The position numbers and the translations under genes were made by a program. The notes beneath the pieces were generated by a model. It did not search any database, had not been told where the DNA came from, and saw only the letters and a program-made list of their open reading frames with translations. Shown here piece by piece: positions 1-9,252 of a DNA stretch of 41,453 bases; the stretch's first letter is position 1, and each line of letters starts with the position of its first letter. The stretch covers positions 1 to 41,453 of the forward strand of contig CAMCTR010000001.1 in assembly GCA_945878605.1 (NCBI GenBank), read 5' to 3'. The stretch comes from Candidatus Methylopumilus universalis (GTDB lineage Bacteria > Pseudomonadota > Gammaproteobacteria > Burkholderiales > Methylophilaceae).

Positions 1-1
1 C

Positions 2-493
2 TACAAAGAACTACTTTCAAACATTTTCGATAAGAAAATATTATCGGAGGACTTCTCGCTGTATATCCATCGACCAACAGCAACCGACGAGAGTTTTGCA
101 CCAGCGGGGTGTGATAGCTTTTATGTGCTGTGTCCTGTCCCTAATTTAAAAGGGAGTATTGATTGGGACGTCGAGGGAGAGGCCTTAAAAAATAAAATCA
201 TTGAGGCGCTAGACCAATCCATCCTGCCCGACTTGAAAGCGCACATCACGGACGACTTTTTTATGACGCCTAGTGATTTTAAGACAGAATATTTAAGTAT
301 GCATGGCGCAGGATTCTCTATCGCACCTTTATTTAGACAGTCCGCTTGGTTCAGATTCCATAACAAAGCTGAAGGCATTAAAAACTTATATCTGACTGGC
401 GCGGGCACACACCCCGGGGCTGGCTTGCCCGGCGTGCTGTGCTCGGCAAAAGTGATTGACCAATTGATTCCACTGGCTGCTGATTTTAAATGA
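2..493 (+). CDS. crtI: Phytoene desaturase, 3' part (5' end is outside the window)
   Basis: Frame open from base 2 (YKELLSNIFD...DFSLYIHRPTATDESFAPAGCDSFYVLCPVP); C-terminal CrtI signature NLYLTGAGTHPGAGLPGVLCSAK. Confidence 0.95.
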   Translation, partial: YKELLSNIFDKKILSEDFSLYIHRPTATDESFAPAGCDSFYVLCPVPNLKGSIDWDVEGEALKNKIIEALDQSILPDLKAHITDDFFMTPSDFKTEYLSMHGAGFSIAPLFRQSAWFRFHNKAEGIKNLYLTGAGTHPGAGLPGVLCSAKVIDQLIPLAADFK

Positions 494-1425
494 GCCATGC
501 AACAATGAATCAAGCGGCGTACATTAAGGAGTCTAATTTGATCTTGGCTCAAAAAGGTAAAACCTTTTTTTGGGCTAAGTTTTTACTGAATAAGAAGCAT
601 GCCACGCAGGCAGTCAGGCTGTATCGGTTTTGTCGCTACGTGGATGACGTGGGCGATGAGACCACAGATACAGAAGTTGCGCGACAGATGCTCTTGCAGA
701 TCATTAACGCGTTAACAACAGGCGCTTCAGATCATCCCATCATTAGTGATGCAATAGAACTATTTAATGAGGCTAAAATAGAGATCGATATCCCCATCTC
801 ACTGATTCAAGGCGTGATATCTGATCTCACCCTAGTCAGAATTAAGGATGAGGCTGCCCTCATATTCTACTGCTATCAAGTGGCTGGTACAGTTGGCTTA
901 ATGATGAGTAAGATTTTAGATATTAAGGACAACCGTGCTTTCGCACATGCGATTGATTTGGGGATTGGGATGCAAATCACCAACATTTGTAGAGATGTTG
1001 CTGAAGATGCGAGTATGAATAGAAGATATCTTCCCGCATCACTCGTTGGTGATATTGAGCCACTCGCGCTCATCAATCCCGACCTCCAAACCGAGGATAA
1101 AGTAAAAAGTGCCCTAGCTACGATGCTAGTAACCGCTGACGAATATTATCAAAGCGGATATCATGGGTTATGCTTTTTACCGATACGTGCTCGTTTGGGG
1201 ATTGCCATTGCTTCAGGCTTATACCGTCAAATTGGCACCAACCTTGTCAATAGAAACTACGCCTACTGGTCATTTAGATCTGTTGTATCAAAAAAACTAA
1301 AAGCTTGGCTAACACTTAAAATCCTAGGGTGTAATTTGATAGCAACGGATTTCTATTTTTATTCGAAATCTCATAATTCACAATTACATCATCCAATCAG
1401 AGCGCTCGCCTATTCTCATGCATAG
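490..1425 (+). CDS. crtB: Phytoene synthase
   Basis: GKTF, LYRFCRYVDDVGD (DDxxD), YCYQVAGTVG, LGIGMQITNICRDVAED, RRYLP; ATGA overlap with crtI. Confidence 0.95.
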   Translation: MSHATMNQAAYIKESNLILAQKGKTFFWAKFLLNKKHATQAVRLYRFCRYVDDVGDETTDTEVARQMLLQIINALTTGASDHPIISDAIELFNEAKIEIDIPISLIQGVISDLTLVRIKDEAALIFYCYQVAGTVGLMMSKILDIKDNRAFAHAIDLGIGMQITNICRDVAEDASMNRRYLPASLVGDIEPLALINPDLQTEDKVKSALATMLVTADEYYQSGYHGLCFLPIRARLGIAIASGLYRQIGTNLVNRNYAYWSFRSVVSKKLKAWLTLKILGCNLIATDFYFYSKSHNSQLHHPIRALAYSHA

Positions 1426-2593
1426 CCATGTAGACTTGCTCATCCTAGGGGGAGGCTGCGCTGGGTTGAGTCTAGCAAGCCGACTAGCTGAATTTGGTAA
1501 AGATGCGCCTAAAGTGTTAATTATCGAACAAAGAGAAAGCTATACCAACGATAGGACCTGGTGTTTTTGGGATATCGAAAAGCCTGCTTATAAATCACTC
1601 ACAAGTCATGCATGGTCTAAATTTGAAGTAGCCAATCATCCTCGCTCAAATGTATACAACTGTAGCCAATATCAATACCTCATGCTGGAGAGTCATCACT
1701 TTTACGAAAATGCATTGGGCCTTATTAGATCAAACGCTAGTATTCAATTATTGCTAGGTCAGGAAGTGTTATCAGCACCAATCAAAACGGAGCATGGCTG
1801 GTACATTAAAACTGGCAATTTAGAATTCACTGCAAAACAGGTCTTAGACACGAGACCGCCTAAACAAGTTAGTCACCATTACTCTGTCCTATGGCAATCT
1901 TTTGTTGGCTATGAAATTCAAACTGAATCAGATTATTTTTCACCCGAACAAATGGTCTTAATGGAATTTGATCATACGTTTAAAAGCGGTCTAGCATTTA
2001 CCTATATTTTGCCAACGACAGAAAAGAAAGCTTTAATTGAGTACACCGTTTTTTCTGAAAATAGGATGTCTGAAGAAGATCTCATGGAGGGCCTAAAAAA
2101 ATCTATTGGGCAGCATATAGCTGGCAGCCCATATAAAATCTTAAGAGTTGAGCATGGCATCCTACCTATGGGAAATAAACTAGCCACACAAAATAATGAT
2201 TCATCCTATTTGTTTGCAGGCTTATTTGAAGGAGCTGCTAGGCCAAGTTCTGGTTACGCATTCCAAAGAATACAGTCTTGGGCAAACAAATGTGCGCATT
2301 CAATGCTCGCTAACAACACGCTTTACGCATTCCCCAAAGAAAAGAGGCTTCAATCTTTTATGGATGGGCTTTTCTTGAACGTTATCAAAAAAAATCCAAC
2401 CATCGCCGCTTCACTTTTTGAAGACCTTTTTAGAAGGTGTAATTTAAAGACCGTCGTTAAATTTATGTCAGATCAAGCCTCGAGCAGTGATTGCATGCAA
2501 ATCATCAGGGCACTCCCCCCCAAACCTTTTATTGAAGCGTTACCCCGCTTTATCATTCAAAAAATTTCTAACCGTCTTAGATTGACCTCATGA
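1418..2593 (+). CDS. crtY: Lycopene beta-cyclase
   Basis: FAD-binding GGGCAGLSLA, NDRTWCFW, EHGILPM, ARPSSGYAF; position between crtB and blh. Confidence 0.9.
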   Translation: MHSHVDLLILGGGCAGLSLASRLAEFGKDAPKVLIIEQRESYTNDRTWCFWDIEKPAYKSLTSHAWSKFEVANHPRSNVYNCSQYQYLMLESHHFYENALGLIRSNASIQLLLGQEVLSAPIKTEHGWYIKTGNLEFTAKQVLDTRPPKQVSHHYSVLWQSFVGYEIQTESDYFSPEQMVLMEFDHTFKSGLAFTYILPTTEKKALIEYTVFSENRMSEEDLMEGLKKSIGQHIAGSPYKILRVEHGILPMGNKLATQNNDSSYLFAGLFEGAARPSSGYAFQRIQSWANKCAHSMLANNTLYAFPKEKRLQSFMDGLFLNVIKKNPTIAASLFEDLFRRCNLKTVVKFMSDQASSSDCMQIIRALPPKPFIEALPRFIIQKISNRLRLTS

Positions 2594-3486
2594 ACAAGCT
2601 AATGGCACTTCAGAGCAATCTATTTATCTTGATGAGCGGCCTTGCCTTAGCCCTTGGCTACGGGGTGGAAATCAATAGCCACCTGTATATTTTATATATA
2701 ACCTTGGTCTTTATTGTTCTGCTAGGGGTACCGCACGGCTCGCTTGATGTGTTGTTTGCGAGCCAAACCTATAGCCTCGGAAACATCACCCATTGGATCA
2801 AGTTCATCGCTTACTATGTCTTAGCAGCACTCGCTGTGATTTTGATATGGCTGGCCGTACCGAATTTTTTCTTTATCGCCTTCTTAATATTATCAGCCCT
2901 TCACTTTTCTGATGATTTGAATCTAATAGATTCTAAAGTTTTGAAATTCAGTTATGGCACATCGATCATTACCTTTCCAAGCTTATTTTTCAGCACTAAA
3001 TTGATTCATTTATACGCGATAATTACTAACGTTGAAATCGCAACCAGCATTGTAAAGGTTTCACAATTTATTAGCGTACCCGTCGGACTTTTGATAGTCG
3101 CTCAGCTTTTGAAAAAAAAAATAAGCCTCCGGACAAAAATTGAATCACTCTGTGTTTGTGCGCTATTTTTATTACTCAACCCCATCTTATCTTTTGGGGT
3201 TTATTTTTGTGTCATGCACAGCGCACGTCACTTGATAAGAAGTCGTTTTTTCTTACAAAAATTTTCGAGACAAGCTTTTTTAAACGCCCTTATTTTTCCA
3301 ACCATTGCAGTTGTGTTGGCAGGATTACTTATTTGGTGGGTTGGCTCAACCAAAACGCTCGAAGTCGAGGTTATTCGTATTATATTCATAGGGCTAGCTG
3401 CACTCACGCTGCCTCATGCCTGGGTCTTGCAAAAGTCAAATTTTTACACATGGTCGATTACATCCAATGCTAGAGCTTCTCAATAA
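2590..3486 (+). CDS. blh: Beta-carotene 15,15'-dioxygenase (Brp/Blh family)
   Basis: Multi-TM protein with the four Fe-binding His motifs GVPHGSLD, SALHF, MHSARH and LTLPH. Confidence 0.93.
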   Translation: MNKLMALQSNLFILMSGLALALGYGVEINSHLYILYITLVFIVLLGVPHGSLDVLFASQTYSLGNITHWIKFIAYYVLAALAVILIWLAVPNFFFIAFLILSALHFSDDLNLIDSKVLKFSYGTSIITFPSLFFSTKLIHLYAIITNVEIATSIVKVSQFISVPVGLLIVAQLLKKKISLRTKIESLCVCALFLLLNPILSFGVYFCVMHSARHLIRSRFFLQKFSRQAFLNALIFPTIAVVLAGLLIWWVGSTKTLEVEVIRIIFIGLAALTLPHAWVLQKSNFYTWSITSNARASQ

Positions 3487-3581
3487 AGCGCTCTCAGTAA
3501 TTTTTGGTCTGCTAATGATCTCTCTGCAGTTGCCATCCTCCCCGCCATTAATGACAGGGTTTTACGCGGCAACTGATAAAT

Positions 3582-4850
3582 TTAGGCTTTGCTAAAAGCC
3601 AGCGCAGTCAGCGTAATGAGCGCGGCGCCAGATAAATAAAACCCCACGTAGCTAAGGCCGTAATTTCCCGCAAGCCAAGTCGCAATAAACGGGGCGAACG
3701 AAGCACCTAAAATGCCCGCAAAGTTAAACGTGAGCGATGCGCCTGTGTAACGCACCTCGGTCGGAAATAGCTCAGAGAGCATGGTGCCCAGCGGACCATA
3801 AGTCATTCCCATTAAGCCTAGCCCTAAGCATAAAAACAGCGTGATTTTGACCACATCGCCAGAGCCAAACAATGGCGCCATCAATAAGCCAAAAGCAGCG
3901 ATTGCTAAGGAGGCGCTCATCAATACTGCTTTACGGCTAAATTTATCGGCAAGCAGCGCTGAAATCGGGATGGCTAAACCAAAGAATAAAACAGCAAAAA
4001 GCTGTATCAACAAAAATTCACGGCGCGAAAAGCCCAAGCTCGTGGTTGCCCAACTTAAAGTAAATACGGTCATTAAATAAAACAACACAAAGGTCGCCAA
4101 GGCAATAAAAGTGCCCAGGAGCAAGTGACGACCATGCTCCTTAAACACCGTAATCGCCGGTACTTTTACCCGCTTATTCGATTTTATGGATTCTAAAAAA
4201 GCAGGGGTTTCAGTGATATTAAGGCGCACATACAGGCCAACAAAGACCAACAAAGTACTGGCTAAAAATGGGATGCGCCAACCAAAGTCAAAAAACTGTT
4301 CGTTGCTTAAACTATCACTGAGCAACAAGAAAATGCCACCTGACATCAAAAAGCCGATCGGCGCACCAAGCTGCGGGAACATGCCATACCAAGCACGTTT
4401 ATTCGGTGGGGCATTTTCAGTCGCCAATAAAACCGCTCCGCCCCACTCACCACCCAAGCCTAAACCTTGCCCAAAACGACATATTGTCAGCAAAATCGGT
4501 GCGCCAATGCCGATGCTGGCATAAGTGGGGAGCAGACCAATCGCGACGGTAGATAAACCCATAGTCATCAGCGCAGCAACTAGTGTCGCTTTGCGCCCTA
4601 CCCTGTCGCCAAAATGACCAAACAAAGCAGAGCCTAGAGGACGCGCAAAGAATGCGATGGCAAAGGTCGCAAGCGACTGCAACATGGCATTAGTCGCGTT
4701 TGATGATGGAAAAAATAAAGCAGGAAACACCAGCACCGCAGCATTGGCATAAATATAAAAATCAAAGAATTCAATCGTGGTGCCGACCAAGCTCCCAAGC
4801 AGAATCTTTCCTTGGGAGTTTGCTGGTGTAAAAGTCGTCTCTTGTTGCAT
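3582..4850 (-). CDS. MFS transporter, metabolite:H+ symporter (ShiA/YhjE-like)
   Basis: GTTIEFFDFYIY, FGHFGDRVGRK, QGLGLGGEWGGA, WRIPFL, ELFPTEVRY; about 12 TM segments. Confidence 0.9.
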   Translation of the reverse strand: MQQETTFTPANSQGKILLGSLVGTTIEFFDFYIYANAAVLVFPALFFPSSNATNAMLQSLATFAIAFFARPLGSALFGHFGDRVGRKATLVAALMTMGLSTVAIGLLPTYASIGIGAPILLTICRFGQGLGLGGEWGGAVLLATENAPPNKRAWYGMFPQLGAPIGFLMSGGIFLLLSDSLSNEQFFDFGWRIPFLASTLLVFVGLYVRLNITETPAFLESIKSNKRVKVPAITVFKEHGRHLLLGTFIALATFVLFYLMTVFTLSWATTSLGFSRREFLLIQLFAVLFFGLAIPISALLADKFSRKAVLMSASLAIAAFGLLMAPLFGSGDVVKITLFLCLGLGLMGMTYGPLGTMLSELFPTEVRYTGASLTFNFAGILGASFAPFIATWLAGNYGLSYVGFYLSGAALITLTALAFSKA

Positions 4851-4927
4851 ATTGGCGCTGTCTCGTTTCGTGTTTGGTGAGATTGTACTTTATTAGGCGC
4901 AACCGCTTTTCAAGTCATTTTTTAACA

Positions 4928-4957
4928 TTATGCTTAGTGATTACTCCCTTTGGATTA
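4928..4957. promoter_or_regulatory. Tandem 7-2-7 operator candidate upstream of the MFS gene
   Basis: TAGTGATTACTCCCTTTGGATTA resembles TAGGGATTACTCCCTAAGGGGTA at 16188-16210; same orientation relative to a minus-strand gene. Confidence 0.5.
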
Positions 4958-5025
4958 TTGCTGGTATCGCTCCCAAACACTTACTATAAACGCTGTAAAA
5001 ACGGTGATGACATAACACCTGTATC

Positions 5026-5055
5026 TACTATCAAAAGAGTACTTTTGATTATGTA
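5026..5055. promoter_or_regulatory. Tandem 7-2-7 operator candidate upstream of the cupin gene
   Basis: TACTATC-AA-AAGAGTA overlapping TACTTTT-GA-TTATGTA at a 14-bp period; also contains the inverted repeat ATCAAAAG-agta-CTTTTGAT (5030-5049). Confidence 0.5.
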
Positions 5056-5146
5056 TTGTGAGGCTCACACAGCTTCGCTAAATTTATAATTACAAATTTT
5101 TATCGTTTTTTTTAAAACCATTTTTTTAACTTAAGGGTGAATAATT

Positions 5147-5500
5147 ATGCAATACAAACAACAAGGTGTAAAAGATCAACAACCATCAATGAATGTTGAA
5201 GGCGTTAAAGCTTGGCTTGGCGACACATTTGTTTCAAACAGCAAAGACAAAACAATCTGCGCTGGCTTCTTTCATCTAGAAGCAGGTAAGCCACTTGACT
5301 ACACATACGACTACGAAGAAATGAAAGTGGTTGTTGAAGGCGAGTTCATTATTAACGAAGTTAAGACAGGCAAAGTATACAACTGCAAAGTAGGAGACGT
5401 ACTTTACTTCGCAGATGGCGACCATATCATTTTTGATACGCCACACCGCGCTGTTGGTTTCTTCTGTGGTCAACGTGCCGCATTAGTACATCCATTATAA
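5147..5500 (+). CDS. Cupin-domain protein (EutQ/cupin_3-like)
   Basis: AGFF...YTYDYEEMKVVVEGEF...VGDVLYFADG cupin pattern; RBS AAGGG; codon usage looks like a highly expressed gene. Confidence 0.8.
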   Translation: MQYKQQGVKDQQPSMNVEGVKAWLGDTFVSNSKDKTICAGFFHLEAGKPLDYTYDYEEMKVVVEGEFIINEVKTGKVYNCKVGDVLYFADGDHIIFDTPHRAVGFFCGQRAALVHPL

Positions 5501-5538
5501 ATCCGTTTGTCGTGGGTTCGATCCCCGCAGAGCCACCT
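5499..5538 (+). pseudogene. tRNA 3'-half remnant (att-like; tRNA-Lys-like, identity uncertain)
   Basis: AATCCGTTTGTC followed by T-arm GTGGG-TTCGATC-CCCGC and a degenerate acceptor end AGAGCCACCT; no D-arm or 5' half, since the upstream sequence is cupin CDS. Confidence 0.7.
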
Positions 5539-5555
5539 AAATTTATAATAAAAAT

Positions 5556-5587
5556 AAGGGGCTGCAAGAAATTGTAGCCCTTTTTTT
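5556..5587 (+). terminator. Intrinsic terminator after the cupin and tRNA fragment
   Basis: GGGCTGCAA-gaaa-TTGTAGCCC followed by T7. Confidence 0.8.
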
Positions 5588-5600
5588 CGTCCAAAATTTA

Positions 5601-5804
5601 ACTACACACCCACTACACACCGTTGCTGATGTTTAACATAGTCAACCCTTACTTAAAGTAACGCTTAGCTTCAAAACTTCTACGCGCTAAAATCACAAGA
5701 CATTCCCAATTTCATTAGTCATTTAATCTTGTCGATTAAAGTAAGGGAAGTCCAGCTTAAGCTAGTGGTGCGCATTGGAAACACTACACACTTTACTTCA
5801 CACC
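5601..5804 (+). repeat. Two pairs of ACTACACACC-like 10-mers (possible integrase arm-type sites)
   Basis: ACTACACACC at 5601-5610 and 5612-5621; ACTACACACT at 5783-5792; ACTTCACACC at 5795-5804. Confidence 0.55.
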
Positions 5805-5871
5805 AAAATTATTGTATTTCATTGAGAAAATATGCAAAACGTAAATTGAAAAAGTATTTTAGTCACAAACC

Positions 5872-5901
5872 AAAAGCTGCCAATTATTGGCAGCTTTTTT
5901 T
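5872..5901. terminator. Bidirectional terminator-like hairpin
   Basis: AAAAGCTGCCAAT-t-ATTGGCAGCTTTT followed by a T tract. Confidence 0.7.
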
Positions 5902-5931
5902 ACGTCTCAAAAAATCAAACTAAGTCACATT

Positions 5932-5968
5932 AAAAAAAACCCACCCTTGAATCAAGGATGGGCTTTTT
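5932..5968 (-). terminator. Terminator downstream of etfA
   Basis: A8-CCCACCCTTGA..TCAAGGATGGG hairpin; U tract on the minus strand. Confidence 0.7.
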
Positions 5969-5998
5969 CATTTCTGAAGAAACTCGAGCAAGAGATGC

Positions 5999-6958
5999 CT
6001 AGGCCAACTGGTTCATTAGCTCTTCATGCACATCAAAAATATCGCCCACAATACCGTACTTAGCGATGGTGAAGATAGAAGCACCTGGGTCAGAATTGAC
6101 CGCCACAATCGTCGGCACATGCTTCATCCCCGCCATGTGTTGAATTGAACCTGAAATACCCATGGCCACATAAAGTTTACAATTACCCACCACTTTGCCT
6201 GATTGGCCTACTTGACGTGATTTTGGTAACCAGCCAGCATCCGCGATTGGACGTGAACAACAAAGCGTTGCACCTACTTCGTCAGCAAGTTCACGGAAGT
6301 CTTCCACATTCGTCTCTTCGCCAATACCGCGACCCACTGAAACAATAAAGTCCGAAGTCGTAATATCCACATCGTTACCACCGCCTAGCTCGATGAAGTC
6401 TTTATTTTGACTACGTGAGGCAGTGCTAGTCGCATCGATATTAATTACCGCAGGACTGCCTTTATTTTCTGATGGCTTGTAAGTTGTGGCGCGGACAGTC
6501 AGCACTACACAAGCTTTACCTGGAAAATCCACTTCCACGTTCACTTTTTGGTTATAGCCACCGCGAGTTGCCACCAAATCAGCACCGTCATATTCAAATT
6601 TAAATACATCCGTTGCAAAGCCATGTCCTGCTTTGGCAGCGAGGGTTGCTGCATAACCATATGAGTCAACTGAATGTGGAATCAACACAGCCTTCGGCGC
6701 TTTGTCTTGAATTAGTCCTGCTACGACACCTTCAAAAATATCCGGATCAAAATCTGCGCTAGTCGTTTTCACTACAACCAATTCGTCCGCGCCTTCTACT
6801 GATAGCTCGGATACAAATTTGTCTGCTTGCGCGCCAATCACAGCGACAACCACTTTATCGCCAGCTTGTTTAATGGTTTGTGCGCCTGAAATCAACTCCA
6901 AACTGACTGGACGCAATACACCACTTCGGTGTTCGGCAATGACTAAAATGTTACTCAT
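5999..6958 (-). CDS. etfA: Electron transfer flavoprotein alpha subunit (TMADH partner)
   Basis: SVGRGIG, CCSRPIADAGWLP, QVGQSGK, GISGSIQHMAGM; resembles M. methylotrophus ETF. Confidence 0.96.
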   Translation of the reverse strand: MSNILVIAEHRSGVLRPVSLELISGAQTIKQAGDKVVVAVIGAQADKFVSELSVEGADELVVVKTTSADFDPDIFEGVVAGLIQDKAPKAVLIPHSVDSYGYAATLAAKAGHGFATDVFKFEYDGADLVATRGGYNQKVNVEVDFPGKACVVLTVRATTYKPSENKGSPAVINIDATSTASRSQNKDFIELGGGNDVDITTSDFIVSVGRGIGEETNVEDFRELADEVGATLCCSRPIADAGWLPKSRQVGQSGKVVGNCKLYVAMGISGSIQHMAGMKHVPTIVAVNSDPGASIFTIAKYGIVGDIFDVHEELMNQLA

Positions 6959-6960
6959 AA

Positions 6961-7758
6961 TTACGCTCCTTTAAATTCTTTAATGATTTCAATAATACGT
7001 GCAGCTTGTTGGGCAATGGTGCCTTCAATCATCTGCGCACGGCCTTTTTCTGGCACATACATACGGCGGACACGTGACATTGCACTACCCTCACCAACGT
7101 CTGAAGCACTCATGCCAATATCGCCTAAGCTCCAAGCTTCAATCGGCTTAGCAGCTGCTTGTTTAATACCGCGAAGTGAAGCATAGCGTGGCTTATTAAT
7201 CCCCAATTGAATTGTTAACACAGCCGGGCAAGCAATTTCAACTTCTTGCAAAATGCCGCCTTCAAGTTCACGGCGAATCGTTGCTTTATTAGCGCCTGGG
7301 CTGTATTTCAAATCTGCAACCACAGCCGCATGAGGCAAGCCTAAATATGCCGCCATCGCTATGCCAGTTGAAGCATGTGATTGATCTGAAGATTGCACCC
7401 CAGCAAACACCATATCTGGCGCTTCTTTTTTTACTACTTCAGCAAGCATTTTGCCAATGGCCACTGTGTCTGAACCTTCAACCGCGTCATCCCAAACACG
7501 AATTGCCCGGTCTGCGCCTTTAGCCAAACATTTACGCAAGCTTTCATCCACACGGTCTGGACCAATTGAAACCACCACCACTTCAATCTCAGTGTCTGGA
7601 GACTCTTCTTTAATACGCATGGCTTCTTCTAAAGAGAAGTCATCCCATTCATTTAGGTCGAAAAGCAAAAACTCCTCATCGACGTCTTTTTTATCAGCGC
7701 GGATTTCAAAATCCTCATCCAACGCCGCCACTTGTTTTACTGCAACTAAAATTTTCAT
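6961..7758 (-). CDS. etfB: Electron transfer flavoprotein beta subunit
   Basis: MKILVAVKQV, LNEWDDFSLEEA, GVQSSD, recognition loop NKPRYASLRGI. Confidence 0.96.
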   Translation of the reverse strand: MKILVAVKQVAALDEDFEIRADKKDVDEEFLLFDLNEWDDFSLEEAMRIKEESPDTEIEVVVVSIGPDRVDESLRKCLAKGADRAIRVWDDAVEGSDTVAIGKMLAEVVKKEAPDMVFAGVQSSDQSHASTGIAMAAYLGLPHAAVVADLKYSPGANKATIRRELEGGILQEVEIACPAVLTIQLGINKPRYASLRGIKQAAAKPIEAWSLGDIGMSASDVGEGSAMSRVRRMYVPEKGRAQMIEGTIAQQAARIIEIIKEFKGA

Positions 7759-7811
7759 ACTTTCTCCTAATACACACTTGTCATAACTTTATTGATGATC
7801 TTTTTATGGGT

Positions 7812-9251
7812 TTAATGTTCTGCTTTTAAGAACGTGTCACCAAACCACTTAAATACTGCAAACCTTACATTTTCATCTGGGTCATCATGAAGCGACCATT
7901 TATCCGCCGTACTCAACTGTTTACTCCAAACTAACATCATGCGATGCAGGTAATAAGCATCTTGCAGTATTGGCAGTAAAGTTTCTCGATCTGCCGCTTT
8001 GTTTAAAATCACACCCCGCCTAACATCTGCATCACCGTGTTGATTTAATACACACAAAATTGCTTTCGGTGTATGACTATTTGATGCAACACCGCTTAGT
8101 ACATCAACATCATCATCGCTAGCTAATTGCACCAGCAAATCGGCGTTTGCATTCGCTTGGTAAGCCACCGCAGCTCTTACCCAAGCGGAATCATCCACTG
8201 CAAATTTTTCGAGTAGCGAAAGTGGGCATCGCGTATTTCTTGCCACGCCACGCCTCACTTCATGCTCTTTATCTTGGGCCAAATGCAACATCGTGTTTCG
8301 GTCTATCGCATTGTTTCTTGCCAACCAAACCCTGACCCAAACATCTTGATCTATGCTCAATGATTGCATTTGATTAATGCTTAAATCTGCTCTTGCGGCT
8401 AACACTCTTCTTACCGCTGGCGCTTGATCTGTCATCATCAAATGCACATCAACAAAGGCTGAATTACTCGCAACCGCGGCACGCACCGCTGAATCTTCAC
8501 TCTGCGCCAACGTTGTTAAGAGCGCCATCGGCAGATTAAATTTAGCTAATTGCCTCTGTAATACCAACTGATCTGGCTGTGACTTTAAAGTGCTCTTGCC
8601 AGATCTTATGCCTGCATCCACTTGGACCTTATTCATAAAACCAGAACTAATCAAACTTGAACCAGCAAGCACGCGCTGATGCCCTAGCACTGCCGACTTA
8701 ATGTAAACATCCCCTTGTTGATAAAGCGTTTCTAACATTTCAGCGCTTGCAGCTGGGTTGCTCACAATTTCACTAGCCAACTTCATCGGCTCTCGCTGAA
8801 TCAATCTATCTAACACTTCTGCATCCGAAGATAGATTGCGCGCTACAGCCTTCAGCAACATCACATCATGATCTTCAATCGCAAGCCGCATCAACAATGC
8901 TTTGGGTGTTTGAGTATGCTTTGCGATTAAACCTAACAAAGCACGATCCAGCACTTCAATCTGCTCAACAATCTTACCCGACACCGGCGTATTCTGATTT
9001 TTCATCAAGCGCGTTCGCAGCATTTGATCGAAGTTAGCGCGGTCCGCAATTGCTTGGAGCACACTTGCAGGAGTGTGTTCCCAGCGCGAAAGTCTTAAAG
9101 CATCGCGCCTTTTAGTAAGCAGGATTGTTGAAAGCGCCTCAACATTTTTTAAACTCAATTGCGCTGCGGTAAATGCCCCTGCCGCGCTATATATATCCCC
9201 ATTTTCTATCGCAGCCGCTACTAAGGCATCGCGCCCATCGGGAGTACTCAC
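7812..9251 (-). CDS. HEAT/LRV (leucine-rich repeat variant)-like repeat protein
   Basis: Repeating units of about 24 aa: LAxDxDxxVRxxVAxNxxxP (e.g. LAQDKEHEVRRGVARNTRCP, FAVDDSAWVRAAVA, LASDDDVDVLSGVASNSHTP); GTG start immediately after the upstream stop. Confidence 0.8.
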   Translation of the reverse strand: MSTPDGRDALVAAAIENGDIYSAAGAFTAAQLSLKNVEALSTILLTKRRDALRLSRWEHTPASVLQAIADRANFDQMLRTRLMKNQNTPVSGKIVEQIEVLDRALLGLIAKHTQTPKALLMRLAIEDHDVMLLKAVARNLSSDAEVLDRLIQREPMKLASEIVSNPAASAEMLETLYQQGDVYIKSAVLGHQRVLAGSSLISSGFMNKVQVDAGIRSGKSTLKSQPDQLVLQRQLAKFNLPMALLTTLAQSEDSAVRAAVASNSAFVDVHLMMTDQAPAVRRVLAARADLSINQMQSLSIDQDVWVRVWLARNNAIDRNTMLHLAQDKEHEVRRGVARNTRCPLSLLEKFAVDDSAWVRAAVAYQANANADLLVQLASDDDVDVLSGVASNSHTPKAILCVLNQHGDADVRRGVILNKAADRETLLPILQDAYYLHRMMLVWSKQLSTADKWSLHDDPDENVRFAVFKWFGDTFLKAEH

Positions 9252-9252
9252 A

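Noticed and set aside
4874-5089. 71-aa ORF between the MFS and cupin genes
   Set aside because: TTG start, no RBS, and it runs across the divergent promoter and operator boxes.
5499-5538. Intact tRNA gene
   Set aside because: Only the 3' half is present, the end reads CCT rather than CCA, and the upstream sequence is cupin coding sequence.
5601-5804. CRISPR-like array
   Set aside because: Repeats are only 10 bp, in two pairs, without regular spacers; no cas genes.
5729-5923. 64-aa ORF as a possible integrase remnant
   Set aside because: No recombinase motif recognisable; overlaps repeats and a terminator hairpin.
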